From the human T2T-CHM13v2.0 reference genome, Homo sapiens: 64,000 nt of DNA. Where the stretch lies: NCBI RefSeq assembly GCF_009914755.1, contig NC_060937.1, one strand, 5' to 3'. Below the pieces are notes generated by a model. That model did no database searches and had not been told where the DNA came from. It saw only the letters and a list, made by a program, of their open reading frames with translations. Of the stretch, positions 1 through 15,508 are shown one piece after another. Position 1 is the stretch's first letter. The number at the start of each line of letters is the position of its first letter. Both the position numbers and the translations under genes were made by a program.

Positions 1-1
1 T

Positions 2-313
<312 letters not shown>

Positions 314-594
314 CAATTCCATTTTTATTAGTACTTTCCACAGCTGCGTCACTGAAGAAGGGCTTTTAAATAACAGCCTGTAACTTGTTAATCACTTAGA
401 AATAAAACATGAAAACCAAAAAGGAACCAGTTGACTATAAATGCAAAACAAGGAATTCCAAAGAGCAATTTAATAAAATTGTCGCCTTTCATAGCTGTAA
501 AAGGCAATTAAATTCCAATCTATATAAGAATTTGATCCCAAAATGAAAGTATAAAGAGTACCAAATCCATTCCTTTGATAATCATTTTCTACCC

Positions 595-760
595 TGTAGA
601 AAGCACTGTTCTTGGTGATGAGTCTCAAAGTCCTTATTCTCTTGGAGCTTACATTCTAGAGAGGAAAAGACAGACTAAAACAATACATATGAAATAAATG
701 TTAGATGACAATAAGATTAATGGAGGAACACATGGAGAGCATAGGGGGCTGCAATTTTAG
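595..760 (+). mobile_element. L2 fragment
   Basis: ctcttggagcttacattctagagagg resembles the L2 3' region; orientation uncertain. Confidence 0.45.
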
Positions 761-871
761 GAATCGTAGAAGTTTCCTACATTGTTAAAGTGAGTTCAAA
801 AGTGCATCACTTCTTCTAATGAGGAAAACTGAAATCTGTTAGCAAGATAAACATCAAAGATTAAATGAAAT

Positions 872-1167
<296 letters not shown>

Positions 1168-1480
1168 TTAAATTAAATGAACCTATTTTTAACTATTTTT
1201 TAAATCACTATTTTATCATATCTTTATTGTTTTTAAAATTTCTAAGGGGGTTTATGAGATTTTTCAAATCCAAAAGAGCTGGGAAGTACTGTGTTATATT
1301 ATTATTATTTTTAAATTTTTTCTGGCTACTCTGGGCACACTGTCTATGGCTGGCCCTGCCCCACAAGTGGCAGTAAAAAAAATTTTTTTCTTTAGATTTT
1401 AAAACTTGTACCTATGGATTATATTGAAATTATATTATTATTAAGCTGACCTTGGACCTTATGTGGCTCAGACTCTAAAT

Positions 1481-1682
1481 CAGCAGTTCTCACAGAATGA
1501 GGAGCCCTTTTGTCGCTAAGGGGAACATCTGGCAATGCCTAGAGACATTTTTGGTTGCCGTAAATGGGAAGGAGGGTGCTACTGGCATCAGGTGGGTAGA
1601 GGCTGCTGAACTTAAAATTCACAGGACAGCCCTCCACATTAAAGAAGTATCCCGCCCTACAAGCTGCAGTTGAGAAATTCTA
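1481..1682. mobile_element. MER20-like hAT-Charlie MITE
   Basis: cagttctca...ggcaatgcctagagacatttttggttg...gctactggcatc...gttgagaaa. Confidence 0.75.
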
Positions 1683-2439
1683 GGTTAGGCAGACACATGG
1701 CGAACACCAACGGTAAGGTGGAGGCCCTCTATAGAGAAGCACCATTCACGCCATGGGATCAGAGTGGAGGGCCTGAGTGGGGAGAGGAGTGAAAGAGCAG
1801 GTGGAGCTTCAACTCGGCCTCAGGAAAAGGTAAGGATGAAGAGTGAAGACTTCAGAAAGATGGAACAGCATGAGCAAAGGGGCGGACACGTTAGCTTGCA
1901 GCATAAGCAGGGATTAGCTGGCTTCTCAGGGGCTGTGGTTAGTCTCTTTTTGGATAAAATTACTCAATTTCCATGTTATCAAATTTACTTAGGGCAAAAC
2001 CACCATACTGTAATTTCAACATTCATTCTTGTGTGAAATTAGGTTAAGATAGTGTGATTCAGAGGAAAGAGCATTAACCTAGGAGCCATCCCAGACTCCA
2101 GTAAACCGCAGGAGAGCAAGGCTCCCTCTATGAATGGGTAAGGCCTAGATATTCTCCAAATACTTTTTATAAATTGCTGGATGATTCTCCCCTTAATCCA
2201 ATTTACGTCCAGAAAAGGGCCAAAGGTTTTCATTCTGTTTTCATCTTTGAGTCCCCCTGCCTCAAACAGTTCCTTCCTTCTTGCTTTCCAGAATTCTATT
2301 TATCCTGTTTTTAAATTAACTTTAAAAAGGAGGTAATGCTTACAATGAAATGCAGGTCGTACGTGTGCAGTGCGACGTTGTGATGTACACCCCATGTAAC
2401 CACAACCCCTATAAGGAAGGCCTTCCTGTCTGACATGTG

Positions 2440-3620
<1,181 letters not shown>

Positions 3621-4873
3621 CTAATTAAAGTTAAACCCACTATTTTGCACTGAGTCACGTAGATTTTCAAAGTCAAGGCTTCATTGGTCGATTGTCTGCT
3701 CAGTCTTTTTAAATCAAATCGTTGACTTTAAATGTTGACATCAAATTGAGGCTTTGGTAAAATTGACAGGATTGGCGGTAGCGGGGGGGAACCTTTAAAA
3801 CTTGTTAGTCTTTCAGAGTCTTCAGTTTTGAATGAGTTGGTCAATATATGTATTTAGACATCAAGCGCCGTAAGTATGTATGATTTTTGTCAACAACACC
3901 TTAATTATCTTGCACATACAGGCACTGATTATTGAAAGGTTCCCTTACGTTTTAGCAGCTACCAAATTATAAGTGATACAAAGTATTTGTTTCCAATTCC
4001 CCAAGAAATCAATCTGTATTATGCTTCTACCCTCTCTTTCCTCCATTTTCTTTACCAATTTCATGATCTTGCTAAATTTTATATATTCTGCTGAGCAATG
4101 TGAAAATCCTTTCTGGTATAAGGTAAGGATATAAACTGTTCAGCTGGCAAATGATGCTATTCAGTAAGTAGTTAATGAAACAGGTTTATAACATTGGGTG
4201 TACTATAATTTCTATTTTAAGAACTGTTTCCAGTTTATAATAACCCATGCTACATTTTGACTTTGTTTTGAATTGATGACAAGTCTATTAACCAAATATT
4301 TCAAGATCAGGTGTATTCTGGAAAAGGAACAGGAAGAAAATATATTTAAAAAACTAAAAGAAATTTAACACAAACTGAGAAACAATAACCAACTTTTATG
4401 AGTGCATTTTTTATGGAGGTGGTGTTCAATAAATAAGACTGCCCTAGCTTATAACTACTTTAACAGAAGTTTACATTCAGTCAAATTGAGTCTGAAACAG
4501 TAGATCATTTTCTTTCAAAGCTGACATTGCTTTAATAGCATGTAAGACATGTTATCTTCATGTATTTTACTATATACTATTTTTACTATGAAAGTGACCA
4601 CAGATGTCAGAGTTTTTTGTACCTTCACTAGACCTGATTGCTCAGACAGCATGAGAGTAATACAGTAAGATTCGTATTTTCCTGGTGAAACCTATGCACT
4701 GTAATTTAATGGTTTTTGCAAATCATAAACATGTAAAATATCAAAGGAGTACTTATTCTCATTAAAGGGGAAATTACTTGTCCAGTTAAATTGGATATGA
4801 AGGATGTCTTCAATTCAGGAATTATTCCTTTTGTGTATTCACCAGTGATTTTTGTTCGTCTTGCTTCTCTTCA

Positions 4874-5222
<349 letters not shown>

Positions 5223-5533
5223 TTAAAACAACAACAAATTACCTGTAAGTACAAAAACAGATTCAGGTGTTTGTTTTTCTTCCATTGAGTGCTTTATCAC
5301 AGAGTTATTCGAATTATCCTAAGCATGTTGCAAAGGACATTCCTTAGATTTCTAGTCCTGTAAGGTACTTTGAGAAAAGACTGTATAAAGTAAAATGAGG
5401 AAAATCTGATTAAACTCTTCTTCTGAGTTTCACCATAGGCATTAATGTATTAAAGCCTTCAACTTAATGCACTAAAGAAACCTGTTTTATTTATCAAAAC
5501 TATTTAACAACAATTATTTTAAAAAATTACTAA

Positions 5534-5878
<345 letters not shown>

Positions 5879-5941
5879 AGGATTTTTTCATTGTTGTAGA
5901 AATAATAGGTGCCTATTCAGCAGAAAATAAAATCCTTGTTG

Positions 5942-6225
5942 CTGTGGTTTGAATAGCTCCCTTGCAAAATTCAATTGTTGCCAATGTGCCAGTATGAAGA
6001 GGTGGGGCCTTTAAGAGGTGATTAGGCCAAGAGAGTTCCTCCCTAATGAATAAAATTAGGTCCCATTACAAAGGGGCTTGAAGGAGGGAGTTGATTCTCT
6101 CTCGCCACCATCTGGTGATGGCTTGCTTGCCTCTTCCACATGATGGAAGTCAAAGGGCAGCCTCCAGAAATGAAAGAAGTAAGTTTCTGTTCTTCAGTCT
6201 CAGGTATTCTAATAGCACAGAGTAA
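5942..6225. mobile_element. ERVL-MaLR LTR fragment (MST/MLT1A-like)
   Basis: tgtggtttgaat...gaggtggggcctttaagaggtgattagg...tctcaggtattct. Confidence 0.7.
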
Positions 6226-6497
6226 GATAGTTGAATTAAATAGAACAGACTAAGATAGTTAACATAAATAGATCCATTTTCTCATTTTTTAAAAAAAAGT
6301 ACAGTAAATAATATGGTGAAGTCTACCCCAATATCCCTAGGGTGGTTGTGGTTAGGGCTATAACGTAGTATCAATATGAAGATATTACAGCATGTATTTA
6401 AAAGCAATTGACTATTAGGTATCAGACTTAGTGTTATGATACATTTGTCTAATGAAATGAAATCTGTTTTCAGAAATAATCTTTAAATACAATGGAA

Positions 6498-6503
6498 TTT
6501 ATT
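6498..6503 (-). terminator. Candidate distal polyadenylation signal AATAAA
   Basis: tttatt on the plus strand at the edge of the repeat-free region. Confidence 0.65.
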
Positions 6504-9500
6504 GAGCATCTACTATTATATTTCATCCATCACTTTTAAATTTTTTCTTTGGGAGGAACACTTATAAACTCATGATATGGATAACAGACCTGTGGAAATT
6601 AATGTAAGCCCTAAGCAGCTTAGTTAGACATTGAATCTAGGTCTGCCTCTACCCTGCAGTCTACCAGTTCAAGTAGCTTTACCAGGTCAGTCCTTAGAAA
6701 TAACCATAACATCCAGGGCAGTGCAGTTATAAACAGGTGTACAAATAAGAAGTTCTACTACTCAATACATCTTGGGCTTTCTTAAAGGTGTATTTGAAGC
6801 CTAAGATTAGGCAGAAATGAACATTATCAAAACAAGAACAAAACTGCTCACTACTGTGGGAATAAAAATGTTTAGCAGATCCTATTTGCTTTTGTTCATT
6901 CATCATCTCTGGGAAACATCAATGACTTACCTCAGTTCACTCTCATGCTATATATTAAAAATAATTTACAGGGACACTCAGTAGGAGGTTGAATTATACG
7001 CCAGACTGAGACAGGATGCTGCTGGGGGTGCTGTATGGAATTTCCCAGCAAAAGATTCTTTCATTAGTTTCACCAAATATACCATTTCCACTTAGTTTTA
7101 AAAGAAAGTCAAACTGAACTGCCATTTGAGATTACATAGAATGCACAAGACCCAATCTGAGACCCTATGTTTAAAAAAACAAAACTGTTTTATAATCTAA
7201 TCAGCCTGTCAAAGGCATCACTCATAAGCAACCGAATTGTATTTTTGGAGAGCACCATTAAAGATGTCTTTTAAAAAACAGTTATAGATGTGTATATATT
7301 TGGGACCTTTGAAATCATCTGTGGGTTTCAAATGACAGATGATTAGCCTGTGTGTATGGCCCCACACTTGGTAATGAAAGAAACAAAAATTCAAAATACA
7401 CTCTAATTGGTTTTCTTAAACAACTTTTCTTTATCCACCTTTGGAGTGGAATAAATCTCAATATAAGCTAAATAACAACATTACAAATCAAAGAATATTC
7501 AAAGCAAATTCAGGTTAAAAATGAACATTTTAAAGATGCATTTTCTTTAAAAATTAACTTTTCACTTCATATGTTTACAAGATTTAACACTGGGCAAAGG
7601 GTGGATCTATCTAGCACACAGTAATATGGTAATTCACCACTTTCCCTGAAAGGCCAAAAAGAATGACTTGCTAAAAGTATTTACTAAATATGCACCAAAG
7701 ATAATGACTTAACTAGTAACTGTGAAACTGTTTCTAAGACTGTGGGCTGAGATAAATATTATAAAATATAGACAAAATTTTTATATTTCTAATACTGGAT
7801 ATTCTGTGAGTACCACGGGTTCTCCCAGAAGGTGATGCAAATCTTGATTTTTATCTGTACAGATGTCTTCATTTTTTTAAATTTAAAATTATTTTAGGAC
7901 CGTGTAATGTCCCCAGTGTCAATCTTCCTATAATGGTAAACAAACTAGCACCATTTCAATGCATTTCATAAAAGAGTCTAGCTAAATACCCATGAACAAA
8001 TCACACATGGTCAAAACAAAAATGTAATAAAAATATTTAGTGAAAAGACACATTTTAACTCCCATTTATGAATTTTAAAAATACAAATAAAATTTTATCA
8101 ACCTGATATTCAGCCTATAACTGGCTCAATACATAGCCTTATTTCCTAAAATCATATTGCAGCATCTTCTGAAAAACTAAATGCAATTTTATACCTTCAT
8201 TAGTTATGTTAATAGAGGTAAATATTTAAACAGTACACTCATCCCTGGGTCTTTAAATAAAACTGAAAAGTCTTAGTGTAAGTTTAAAATTTTAATATTT
8301 ATAAATTTAAAAAATTTTACACGTGCTGAGTGGTAGCAGTGCTAACATTTTTGTGACCATTAAACCACAAACTCACTGCATAGAGCTTCTTTCTTTGTAC
8401 AGATAATCAAATCACAATACCAACATTTGCAATTTGTAATAATTTTATGTGGTAAAAGACACCACACCAGGAAGCCTGGGCTCAGAAAACACTTGAGGTC
8501 AGATCCCTAGTAGGTACATAGTGCAGATGCAGTATATAATTTCAGGCTAGGAAAATTAGCTACTAGTATGTATCTGACAGTTCCTAATAGCTAAGAGGCC
8601 TAAGAATGCAGACGGGGAGAAAAAAAACCAAAACCAAAAAAAAAGACACCTCTCCAATTGCTGGGAGGGCCTGGGAATAGGTGAAGATCAAACCACAGTG
8701 GGAGAGGAGGGTAAAGATGTGAGCTTCAAGCGGGTAATGGGCAAGCCACACCTCCCAGTTCCTAGGAGGGAATCGCCACGGCCGACTTCAGCATTCTCGT
8801 CTTTACTAAGACTTACCCATAGAGAACTACAGCAGGAAACCGATTTCTTCATTCATTCTCTTTAAAAAGTATGAATGCCCAGTATTAAGCTTCTATTTTT
8901 ATTTGAACCAAACATATTCTTTGGTTAACTATGTCATGGGTTCTCACTATAATCAACAAAGCATACTTCATATATTTTATATCTAAATGAAAATATGCTT
9001 AAAATTCAACTGGAACCATGGCATTTCACATCAATTTGAGCTCAGCAATATGCCTAATTTGGACATTTTAATTTTAGAAAACCAATTTTTAAAAATTCTT
9101 AAATGCAGTGTTTTCAGAACATAGTTACCAAGTCAGAGAATAACCACTTATATTTTAAAAAGATTAAAACATTATTATATCCTCAAATCAACAATGTTTT
9201 TTTGTGGGAAAGCTTACAGAAAATTATAATGTTAAACCTCATAGCCAAATCAGTTCCTTATTCTCTGGTTTTAGAAAACACAAACAAACCTTAAGAAGTA
9301 CCGAGGTTCCTTCTGACTTAAAAGGTTAATGTTTTATTCAGGAACCAATAACAATAATTCCTCATCAAAGACAGCTAACTTAGTAAGGTCAATTGACAAC
9401 CACCTCTAACAACAGAGGTGGCAAACAGATAAAAATTGTTTAACAGAGAAAAATATTATTTCAGGGTTCAGAATGATGTTGAATACTAGGAGACTCAAAC

Positions 9501-12109
9501 TTGTAATCCTTGAAACTGACAGCTAGTTCCCTTCAATACTTTAGGGGTTCATAGAAGTATTAACAGAAATGGGAAACATGGTGATATTACAACTATAAAG
9601 ACTTGACATTTTTGTTAAAAGAGAAAGTTCAAAGACAGTTAAGGGGAGTGTTAAATAATGCTGACTGGGGGGAAATGATATAGATACTTGCTTTTCAAAT
9701 GAAAATCATGGACAAGTGGTAGTAACCATCCCATCTGAACAGAGTAATGTAATATAATTAGATACACAGTTTACAACGAAATAAGACTAAATTCTTAAAA
9801 TTAGTTTGAAAAAAACCTGCAGTTTGTTTACATTAAAAGTCATACTTTACACCAGACAAAAACTCAATGCAGTGATGTTAACATGCTACTGTCTTCTAAC
9901 AGAGATGGCCACCCTGAAAGACCCAAATAATGGTGCTGGAAAGGACACTGTCAAATACTGTCAGGTAGTTTTGCTACTGAGGCAGCCACTCATCCAGCAC
10001 AAGGACTATAAAAGCAAATCAATCCTTTTAACAGAACAAGAACACAGTTACAGGTGCTACCACATTAACAGACTGTGAAAGTACAAAGTCTTTAGTGATT
10101 GTGCCTTGGGAAATAAATGGGTCAAGGAAAATAAAATGAGAAACAAACAAAGGATGTATGGAAAACTAGAGGTTAAAGGATACTATATGAACAACAGAAA
10201 TTTTATAAAACAAAAATCTAAAAATGAAATACTTGACAGTGTCCCTTTGACATATATAAAAGAGGGCACAAATAATGTTTTTGTTTTAAAAAATATTTTA
10301 ACAACAGTTTTAATAGAAAAAAAATCAACTGACTTGAATTAAGCCAGTGTTCTTGACACCCACTGGGCCAAGAGCATTAAAACAAAACAAGACCGGAGAA
10401 GTTAATAAACACAGCTAAAGACAAAATTGGACAAAATAAAACAAAAGAAAACACAAAGTGAATAAGCATCCAATCAGGCAAACATGGACACAACCACCCT
10501 GAAAAGGTCTAGCCGTTGCAACTCAGTGGCATCCCCATCACCTAAAAAATGGTAGTGGCTTCTCCCCACCCCAGTGAGCTAATATTCAACATTCTGCTGA
10601 TCTTATAAGTATTATTTGGTCCAATCTGAAGAAGGTCTTTTTAAACTAAAACTAGTCTAATGAAATTACACCTCAGGAATATGGAGGTGAAATTTTCTAT
10701 TTTTAGTATTGTAATAGGATCTGGGCAAATTTTGCAAATATGTTGCCATCTGGATAAAAGTTATTAAATATAGATGCCTTTTTACTTACCAAGGCATTCC
10801 TTTCCCACTCCTCTTTAGTTTTAATAACTTGATTATAGTTTTGTCATGGCGCGTGGACCTGTCCAGTCAATTGTGTGTTTCAGTGCCCTTTGGTAAAGAG
10901 ACTGTACTTAGCACACACACAGATACACATAATTCGCAACAGCTGAGAAAGCTTGAGGGATCTGGGAAACACAAAACACCAAGAACAATGCAAAACAAAT
11001 AGATTACTGCTGCATATCACTTCAAGTTTTTTAAGGGGAAAAAAAAAACACCTAAAAATAAATGCATCAAAGTATTTTTTAAAATACAGAAACGTGTACT
11101 TCTGGATGACTGATATTAATTTCCTTCCTAGCAGTCTTTTCAAGATGTTTTTGCTTCCCCTTAATTGTGACTCAAAGCTAATCAAATTGAGAGAAATGTA
11201 AGTTATGGCCCAAGGCCCTGCATTCACATCTACCTAACATCACATGCACAGGTTGGATGTAATTCAGATGCTCCAGTTTTGTTAACTGTTAATAACACAG
11301 AATTATACAAAGTTTTGCACAGCATCACATGTAATGACACATATGCTATATGCAATCAGGTAGAAAAACCGTATTTGCAGAATGGTTTAATAGATAGGTG
11401 TCAGGAACATGGTGGAAGCAGAGTTTCATGAGTGCACCTGTGCCAGAGTCCTCTACCTGTCACTGTGCTGTGAAAGTACTGCAATGAGTGGAGTTTCATA
11501 TGCCTGCTGTGTATAAATTAGCTTTCATTTCCACATTGTAAGCTGGCATACTGAATTAGGGGAGCCTGGCAGCTGTATAAAAATCCTGATTAAGAGATCA
11601 AACTAGAGGATCTAAAGTGAATTTTTAATCTCTGAAATTAAATTCACTGGCTCCCATGACTGGATAAGAATTATTGCCCCTAATGCCCCAACGTGCAATA
11701 GTCTGTGTGAATCAGTGATTCACATCCTTTAAAATAATTATTGCTTAAGCAAGCCATTTAGAGTAGATATGGGCTATGTGGCTGGATAGAAACACACTCA
11801 AAAAGTTAGACTAGACGGAAACAAGCCTTTCATTTCACTGATAAACCTACATAAATACACGATCGAAAGGGGCAACAGGTTCATAGCAGCTAACACCCTA
11901 AACCAACTCTGAAGCATCAAGACGTGGTTTCTTACTAAAACAAATCAGCTGTTTTTGTATTTTCCTCTTAAAATTAAGGCAATGAAATGGCTACAGTTCC
12001 TAAGGTTATTTTTACGGAACAAAAATATACATGTATTTTCCTCCTCAAGTTCAGGCATCAGAGTATGATTAGTGACTTGTATTACACAAAACCTGCAGCA
12101 CTGGGTTGA

Positions 12110-12200
12110 TGTGAGAGAGAGAGAGAAAAGAAAGAGAGAGACAGAAAGCAAGAAAAGCAAGAAAGCAAGCAAGCAAGAAAGCAAGCTAAGAAAAAGCCAA
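12110..12200. repeat. (GA)n/(AAGC)n purine-rich tract in the 3'UTR
   Basis: gagagagagagaaaagaaag...aagcaagcaagc. Confidence 0.85.
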
Positions 12201-12309
12201 CAAACCCCTGGTGATGTTTCCCCTTCCTGCTGAATTATAAAACCCAATCATCAAAGGGAGGAAAAGCTAGAAAGCACAAAACCTCTTAAGAGTTTTCAAT
12301 GTCTCTTTC

Positions 12310-12485
12310 ATTGATTCAAAACTTTTGGGGTGACGAAAGGGAGAAGCTTATTAACATGAAGACTCCTGGGCCCAACAACCAGACATTCTGACTCTGAAGG
12401 TCTACAGTTGGGCCTAAGAATCTGCCTTTTCACCAGCTCCTCAAGTGATGCAGGCGATCTATGGAGATTTTGAGAAACACTGCCT
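12310..12485. mobile_element. MER5A-like hAT MITE in the 3'UTR
   Basis: cctgggccc...attctgact...gggcctaagaatctgc...tttgagaaacactg. Confidence 0.7.
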
Positions 12486-12869
12486 AGCATATATCCATTT
12501 CATATTTAATGACAAAAATTCTAAACTTTGGCTAGCCACCTATGTTAAAAGGAAAAAAGGCACTGCATATGTATTTCGTGGTGCCCATATCTGTTTGCAC
12601 ATATATGGAATTTCATTTTGAAAATTTTAAATCACCATTCAGAATCTAAAAGACATATATATGACAGATTGTGGCTAACACTTAACAGCAGAAGCTGATG
12701 CCAAGTTGACCTCTCCTGTTTCACTGTATTACATACATATCAAAGTTTCAGGCTCTCCAAAATCCAAAATGGCCAAATGAACTGAGGAATAGGACAAGAC
12801 TCAAGTCAACTTTCAGCAATTCAGTGCACTTTGCAGAAAGGATCTAAATTAAGCATAAAGTTCTGTTGT

Positions 12870-13067
12870 TTATTTTACACAAAGGAGACCACCAACATTT
12901 GCCATAAATTCTTCTAAACTCTTTAAGAAGGCCATCTTCTGCTTCCGATCCAGCGTAGGAGGAGTGCTGCTTGCAGTGAGCTTGTTGAAGGCATCTGCTA
13001 ATCTCTGGTAAATAACTGGGTCTTGCTGACTTGATAGTAATGTTTCGACCAGTTCAGAATATTCAGC
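12870..13067 (-). CDS. XPO4: XPO4 last coding exon, AEYSELVETLLSSQQDPVIYQRLADAFNKL...NVGGLLCVK*
   Basis: caatAG acceptor; 198 nt including the TAA at 12870-12872; matches the recalled XPO4 C-terminus. Confidence 0.95.
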   Translation of the reverse strand, partial: AEYSELVETLLSSQQDPVIYQRLADAFNKLTASSTPPTLDRKQKMAFLKSLEEFMANVGGLLCVK

Positions 13068-13199
13068 CTATTGAAGAGATAAAGTATACACAAGTATCCT
13101 CCTTAGAATATCATACAAGTAGATCTTATCAGTTACTGGACTGTGGGGTTCTAAAAGGCAGGGACACATTTTTAAGAGTTAACATTTAGAATAATTCAG

Positions 13200-13410
13200 C
13201 ATTTAAGTACTACTGTTTGAAAACCTTTTACATGGATTAATTCATCTATCATTTACAACAATGCTTCGAGACAGGTACTGTTTCTATTCCCATTCCAGAG
13301 GTGAAGGTTTCGACACTCAGTGAGGTGAAGTGATATGGCCCAGATCAAGCAAGAGTCCACCAATCTAGCCCCAAGACCCATGTGATAATCAACTTTGTTG
13401 TGCTGCCTCT
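13200..13410. mobile_element. MIR
   Basis: attcccattccagaggtgaagg...ctcagtgaggtgaagtga, MIR core. Confidence 0.6.
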
Positions 13411-13808
13411 TCAAAGCACATTATTCCTATTTATGTTGCGTTTGACACATAATCTAAGTCTGCAATAGTTCCCCAGAGGTTAATAGAGATATCTGGTCCA
13501 CCCAGTTCTGAGGACAGCAATGTGCACAAAGACAGGACAGGCAGGAGTCTTTTGGGAGGACGGGGCGGAGAAATATATTCCAGTGCCTTCTCCAAGTGGA
13601 GCAGGGCACTCTGAAAGCTCCAAACCAGCACTGTGCCCAGCAGCTCTTAGAGAAAGGGCAGGAAGAGGACTTTAGTAAATATAGGAATATGGGAAATTTT
13701 CTGTTTTTAATACTCTATTATAAAGCCTTATAAAGGAAAGTGGAAGAAGGTGTGGGCTTAAGGGAAATTCAACCAGGACAGAGGTAAGCTCTCAAAAAAA
13801 GCTGGCCT

Positions 13809-14090
13809 GGCCAAGCATAGTGGCTCAGGCCTTTAATGCCAGCACTTTGGGAGGCTGAGGAGGGATGACTGTTTGAGCCCGGGAATTTGAGACCAGCCTG
13901 AGCAACACAGTGAGATCCCACCTCTACAAAAAATTTAAAAATTAGGCAGTTGTGGTGGTGCACAGCTGTAGTCCCAGCTACTTGGGAGGCTGAGATGGGA
14001 GATCGCTTGAGCCCAAGAGGTTGAGGCTGCAGTGAGCCATGGTTGCTCCACTGCACTCCAGCCTGGGCAACAGAGTGAGATCCTGTCTCA
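13809..14090 (+). mobile_element. AluJ lacking its A-tail
   Basis: Dimer ends at gatcctgtctca and fuses directly into an antisense Alu. Confidence 0.9.
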
Positions 14091-14314
14091 CTGCAACCTC
14101 TGTTTCCTGGGTTCAAGTGATCCTCCTACCTCAGCCTCCTAAGAGCCTGGGACTACAGGCATGCACCACCATCCCTGGCTAATTTTTGAATTTTTAGTAG
14201 GGACAGGGTTCTGCAATGTTGAGCAGGCTGGTCTCAAGCTCCCAGCCTCAATCAATCCACCCACCTTGGTCTCCCAAAGTGCAAAAATTACAGGCATGAG
14301 CCACTGCACCTGGC
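14087..14314 (-). mobile_element. AluJ, 3'-truncated
   Basis: ctcactgcaacctc...gagccactgcacctggc. Confidence 0.88.
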
Positions 14315-14537
14315 ATGCTGTAATTTTTCATTGGCTTCTTGGGATATCATGATAGACCAAAATGGTGAAACCAAATGTTAATTACATTTGGAAAAGAAGG
14401 ATAAGGTGCAGCATCCCAATCCCCAACCATGGAGCCAGAGTGGCTCCCCTAATTGCCTTATCAAAGGGACAGTCCTGTTCACAGGGGACCAAGTATAATC
14501 TCCTATCATTTCCCTACTCATGAGAAATGGTAGAGGT

Positions 14538-14831
14538 GGCAAGGCATGGTGGCTCACACCTGTAATCCTAGGCACTTTGGGAGGCCGAGGCGAGTGGATT
14601 GCTTAAGTTCAGGAGTTCGATACAAGCCTGGGCAACATGGTGAAACTCCGTCTCTACAAAAAATAAGCCAGGTGTGGTGGTGCACACCTGTAGTCCCAGC
14701 TACTTGGGGAGCTGAGGCGGGAGGATTGCTTGAGGCCAGGAGGCCGAGGCTGGAGTTAGCAGTAATTGCACCACTGCACTCCAGCCTGGGTAATAATAAA
14801 GTGAGACCCTGTCTCAGAAAAAAAAAAAAAG
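14538..14831 (+). mobile_element. Alu
   Basis: Full dimer with A-tail. Confidence 0.9.
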
Positions 14832-14920
14832 CGAGATAGTAGAGCCTCTGGGGCCAGGCAGCAAGTATCATACTGGCCATTCCTGAAACCTGCTCTTTCC
14901 TGCAGTGTGTAAATATGTTA

Positions 14921-15160
14921 AAAGAGAGGGAGAGAGAGAAATAAAGGAAGAGAAGGAAGGAAGGAAGAAAGGAAGGGAGGAAGAGACAAGAGGGTGGAAG
15001 GGAACGGGGGAGGAAAGGAGGGAGGGAGGGAGGGAGAAAGAAAGAAAGAGGAGGGAGGGAGGAAGGAAGGAAGAAAGGAAAGAAAAGAAAAATGAAAGAA
15101 AAAGATAGAAAAAAGAAAAGAAAAAGAGAGGAAGGAAGGAAGGAAGGAAGGAAGGAAGGA
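14921..15160. repeat. Polypurine tract with (GGAA)7
   Basis: About 240 nt almost entirely G/A; GGAA run at 15130-15160. Confidence 0.92.
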
Positions 15161-15427
15161 TCAGACAAGAAGACTACCTTGCTAGTAAGCAACAAGTAAG
15201 ACAAATGACAGAGAAAGGGCACAGATTTGAGAGCAGGTACCACCTGCAGGAAGTGGCAGCCTAGGGCAGAGAGCAAGAAATGAAGCCCCAGGGCACCTTC
15301 AGCTTAGGGCACAGATGTTACGGGAAGTCTAGAGAAAGGAGGTCTTTAAATAGTATGGAAGACCTCCTCTAAACCCTTTTTTAAAGATGGAAATAAAACG
15401 CCAAAGCTTCTTGGCCATGCTGGGAGG

Positions 15428-15442
15428 TATATATATATATAC

Positions 15443-15474
<32 letters not shown>

Positions 15475-15508
15475 GTACCTTACATATATATGTGTGTATA
15501 TATATGCA
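15428..15508. repeat. (TA)n/(TG)n microsatellite
   Basis: Read directly. Confidence 0.9.

Larger units (their letters stand above)
6478..12869 (-). other. XPO4: XPO4 long 3'UTR (~6.4 kb; distal end approximate)
   Basis: Repeat-poor, Alu-free stretch after the stop codon that ends near AATAAA at 6498-6503; repeats resume below ~6250. Confidence 0.7.

Noticed and set aside
6717-12563. miRNA seed matches in the 3'UTR (miR-124 at 12557, miR-103/107 at 8158, miR-34 at 6717, miR-30 at 7936)
   Set aside because: 7-8-mers are expected by chance in 6.4 kb, and I cannot assess conservation here.
14554-15276. 240-aa minus-strand ORF that looks hydrophobic
   Set aside because: It is a stop-free read through a pyrimidine tract and an Alu.
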